From contig NC_045696.1 in the NCBI RefSeq assembly GCF_009834535.1, forward strand, positions 71,240,001-71,304,000: 64,000 nucleotides of DNA, given 5' to 3'. Origin of the DNA: Camelus ferus (lineage: Eukaryota). The stretch's first letter is position 1. Each line of letters opens with the position of its first letter. The translations under genes and the position numbers were made by a program. Below the pieces are notes generated by a model. It ran no database searches. It was given only the letters and a program-made list of their open reading frames with translations, and was not told where the DNA came from. This document shows positions 62,381 through 64,000 of this stretch, in pieces.

Positions 62381-64000
62381 GTAAGATTTTGTTATTATCC
62401 TTGGCATATTCTGCTTCTTTCTCTGGATTCTGCTTAGCAAGAGGCTCAGGAAAAGTGAACTTATTTCCTGAAGAGTCAGGAAAGGTGGAAACAAAATGAC
62501 CCTTGGTCTGTATCACACCTCTGCCTCTTGCCCTCCCCCCCCCCATATTCCTACCTCTTAACAACAGCATTGTGTCCAGAAGGGGACTCAGTGGACGCCT
62601 GGTGAATGATTGATACTCAGCTGGAGTCATTTGTTTCTCATGCCTTCTTTTATCCAGCATGTATTTATTGAGTGCCATAAGTATGCCAGGCAGTGTGTTG
62701 GGAAATGTCAGAGGTAGCAGTGGACAGATGGCCAACAAATGGAAGACGCAGAGCTGACTAGCCTCACCAGCCTCCCTGTTAGAGAAAGCCTTCAGGATTT
62801 GATCTAGAAGCAAAGACCCACTGTTTTCAGCCTAACCATTGAAAGAACTATGCCCTCAAGGAGTTCATGGCCTACTTGGGGCACTTCTAGACACACAGGT
62901 GTAGCACGGGGCAGTGTGTGAATAGTGCTCAGAGGGCCCAGCAGAGAGCTGTCAACATTTAGAGTGGGGATCATCCAGCTAAGACAGATTATCTTGTACT
63001 ATGTTTTAGAACCAAATAATCAGCAAAACAAAATACTCCCCACCACTCCCCCGGCAAAACCCCAAGGTACTTCCACCTGCTTCTAAACTTGGATTAAACT
63101 AGCTTGACTTAGATGGTTGAGATGAGGATGAATTTAAGCTTATTCCTCGTGATGGATGAGGTCCTCTGAATCGTTTATCCATATTGAGGAAACTAAACAA
63201 GTGGGAGAAGGGGTTGGGGAAGAGTGTTTTGTAGCATCCAGTTTATGGGATACTTTATCTTGTTCAACTCCCCTTGGTGGAGTTGTGTCTCCTTGAGAGC
63301 CATGGTGTCCAGGGTGGTCTGAGGAAGGCTGAATTCAAATCATCTGGATGAGCAGCTCCACACCCCCGCCACTTTCTGCTTTATGAGACTCTACAATGGC
63401 CAGGTTCAGCCGTTGGTCTTTGTAAAAAGCCAAAAACCTCCTAGATGATTTCTGATAGTCAGATTTAAGGGCCAGTGATGAGAGACACAGGCGGAGTAAA
63501 GCAGAAGGAGGGTTAGTGGGCAATGGTTAAATTGAAACCTGAATGGGTCTTTGCTTCTGGATCAAATCCTGACAGCCCTCTCTGTCTGACAGAGGGACTG
63601 TGAATACTGGTCAGCCCTGCTTCTTTACAGTTCAACTTTTTTTTGGCAGTCTATAGTGTGGGGTGTTTGCACTGTAGCAGCCAGAAGAGCTGGGTTTCCA
63701 CAGTAGACCTTTGGTGGGTTTCTGAGCACTTTTAAGTGCATATCAGAGTGCTTACCAGTTTGTGGGCAGTCGGTACCACTGTGTTATGATCTGTGTGTGT
63801 ACTCTGTGTGTTACAGTGTTTGAAAGGACAAGCTTGTATGTGTAGGTTGGTTAATGACACTGTTTTAAGCTCTAGCATCCCTAATGCAAGACGAATGTCT
63901 ACTGTTAGTCCCAAAAGGAACCCTGAAAGAGGGTAAAATGGGTAAATCAATTCATGTCAAACATTGCAACTGAAAACACAATTCAAAGCACGTGGCTCAT

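Noticed and set aside
1..64000. CRISPR arrays, rRNA, snoRNA/miRNA, prokaryote-type systems
   Set aside because: No repeat-spacer arrays or recognisable structured RNA genes by eye. An Infernal/Rfam scan would be needed to exclude small RNAs.

Overview
Mammalian genomic DNA, most likely a camelid, judging from about 10 copies of a tRNA-derived vic-1-like SINE. It is syntenic with the human 3q27 HTR3D/C/E-ABCC5 locus and holds two divergent genes. (1) Minus strand, CDS 11448->6566: a complete 9-exon, 456-aa 5-HT3 receptor subunit of the C/D/E clade. Position and diagnostic residues point to the HTR3D orthologue, but unlike human HTR3D it keeps an in-frame Cys-loop. (2) Plus strand: the 5' part of ABCC5/MRP5, with a CpG-island promoter at about 21 kb, non-coding exon 1 and coding exons 2-12 (611 codons, through Walker A of NBD1); the gene continues past the window. 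The most interesting non-obvious structure is ABCC5 intron 5. It has no TE I can recognise and carries a stop-containing cassette exon, an alternative terminal exon whose expected acceptor reads CG rather than AG, an intronic poly(A) signal and further candidate cassettes. A spliced uORF ends on the ABCC5 start codon (ATGA overlap). The rest is L1, SINE, MIR/L2, DNA-transposon and microsatellite sequence. I found no wholly new gene system. All comparisons to human sequences are from memory and need alignment to confirm.
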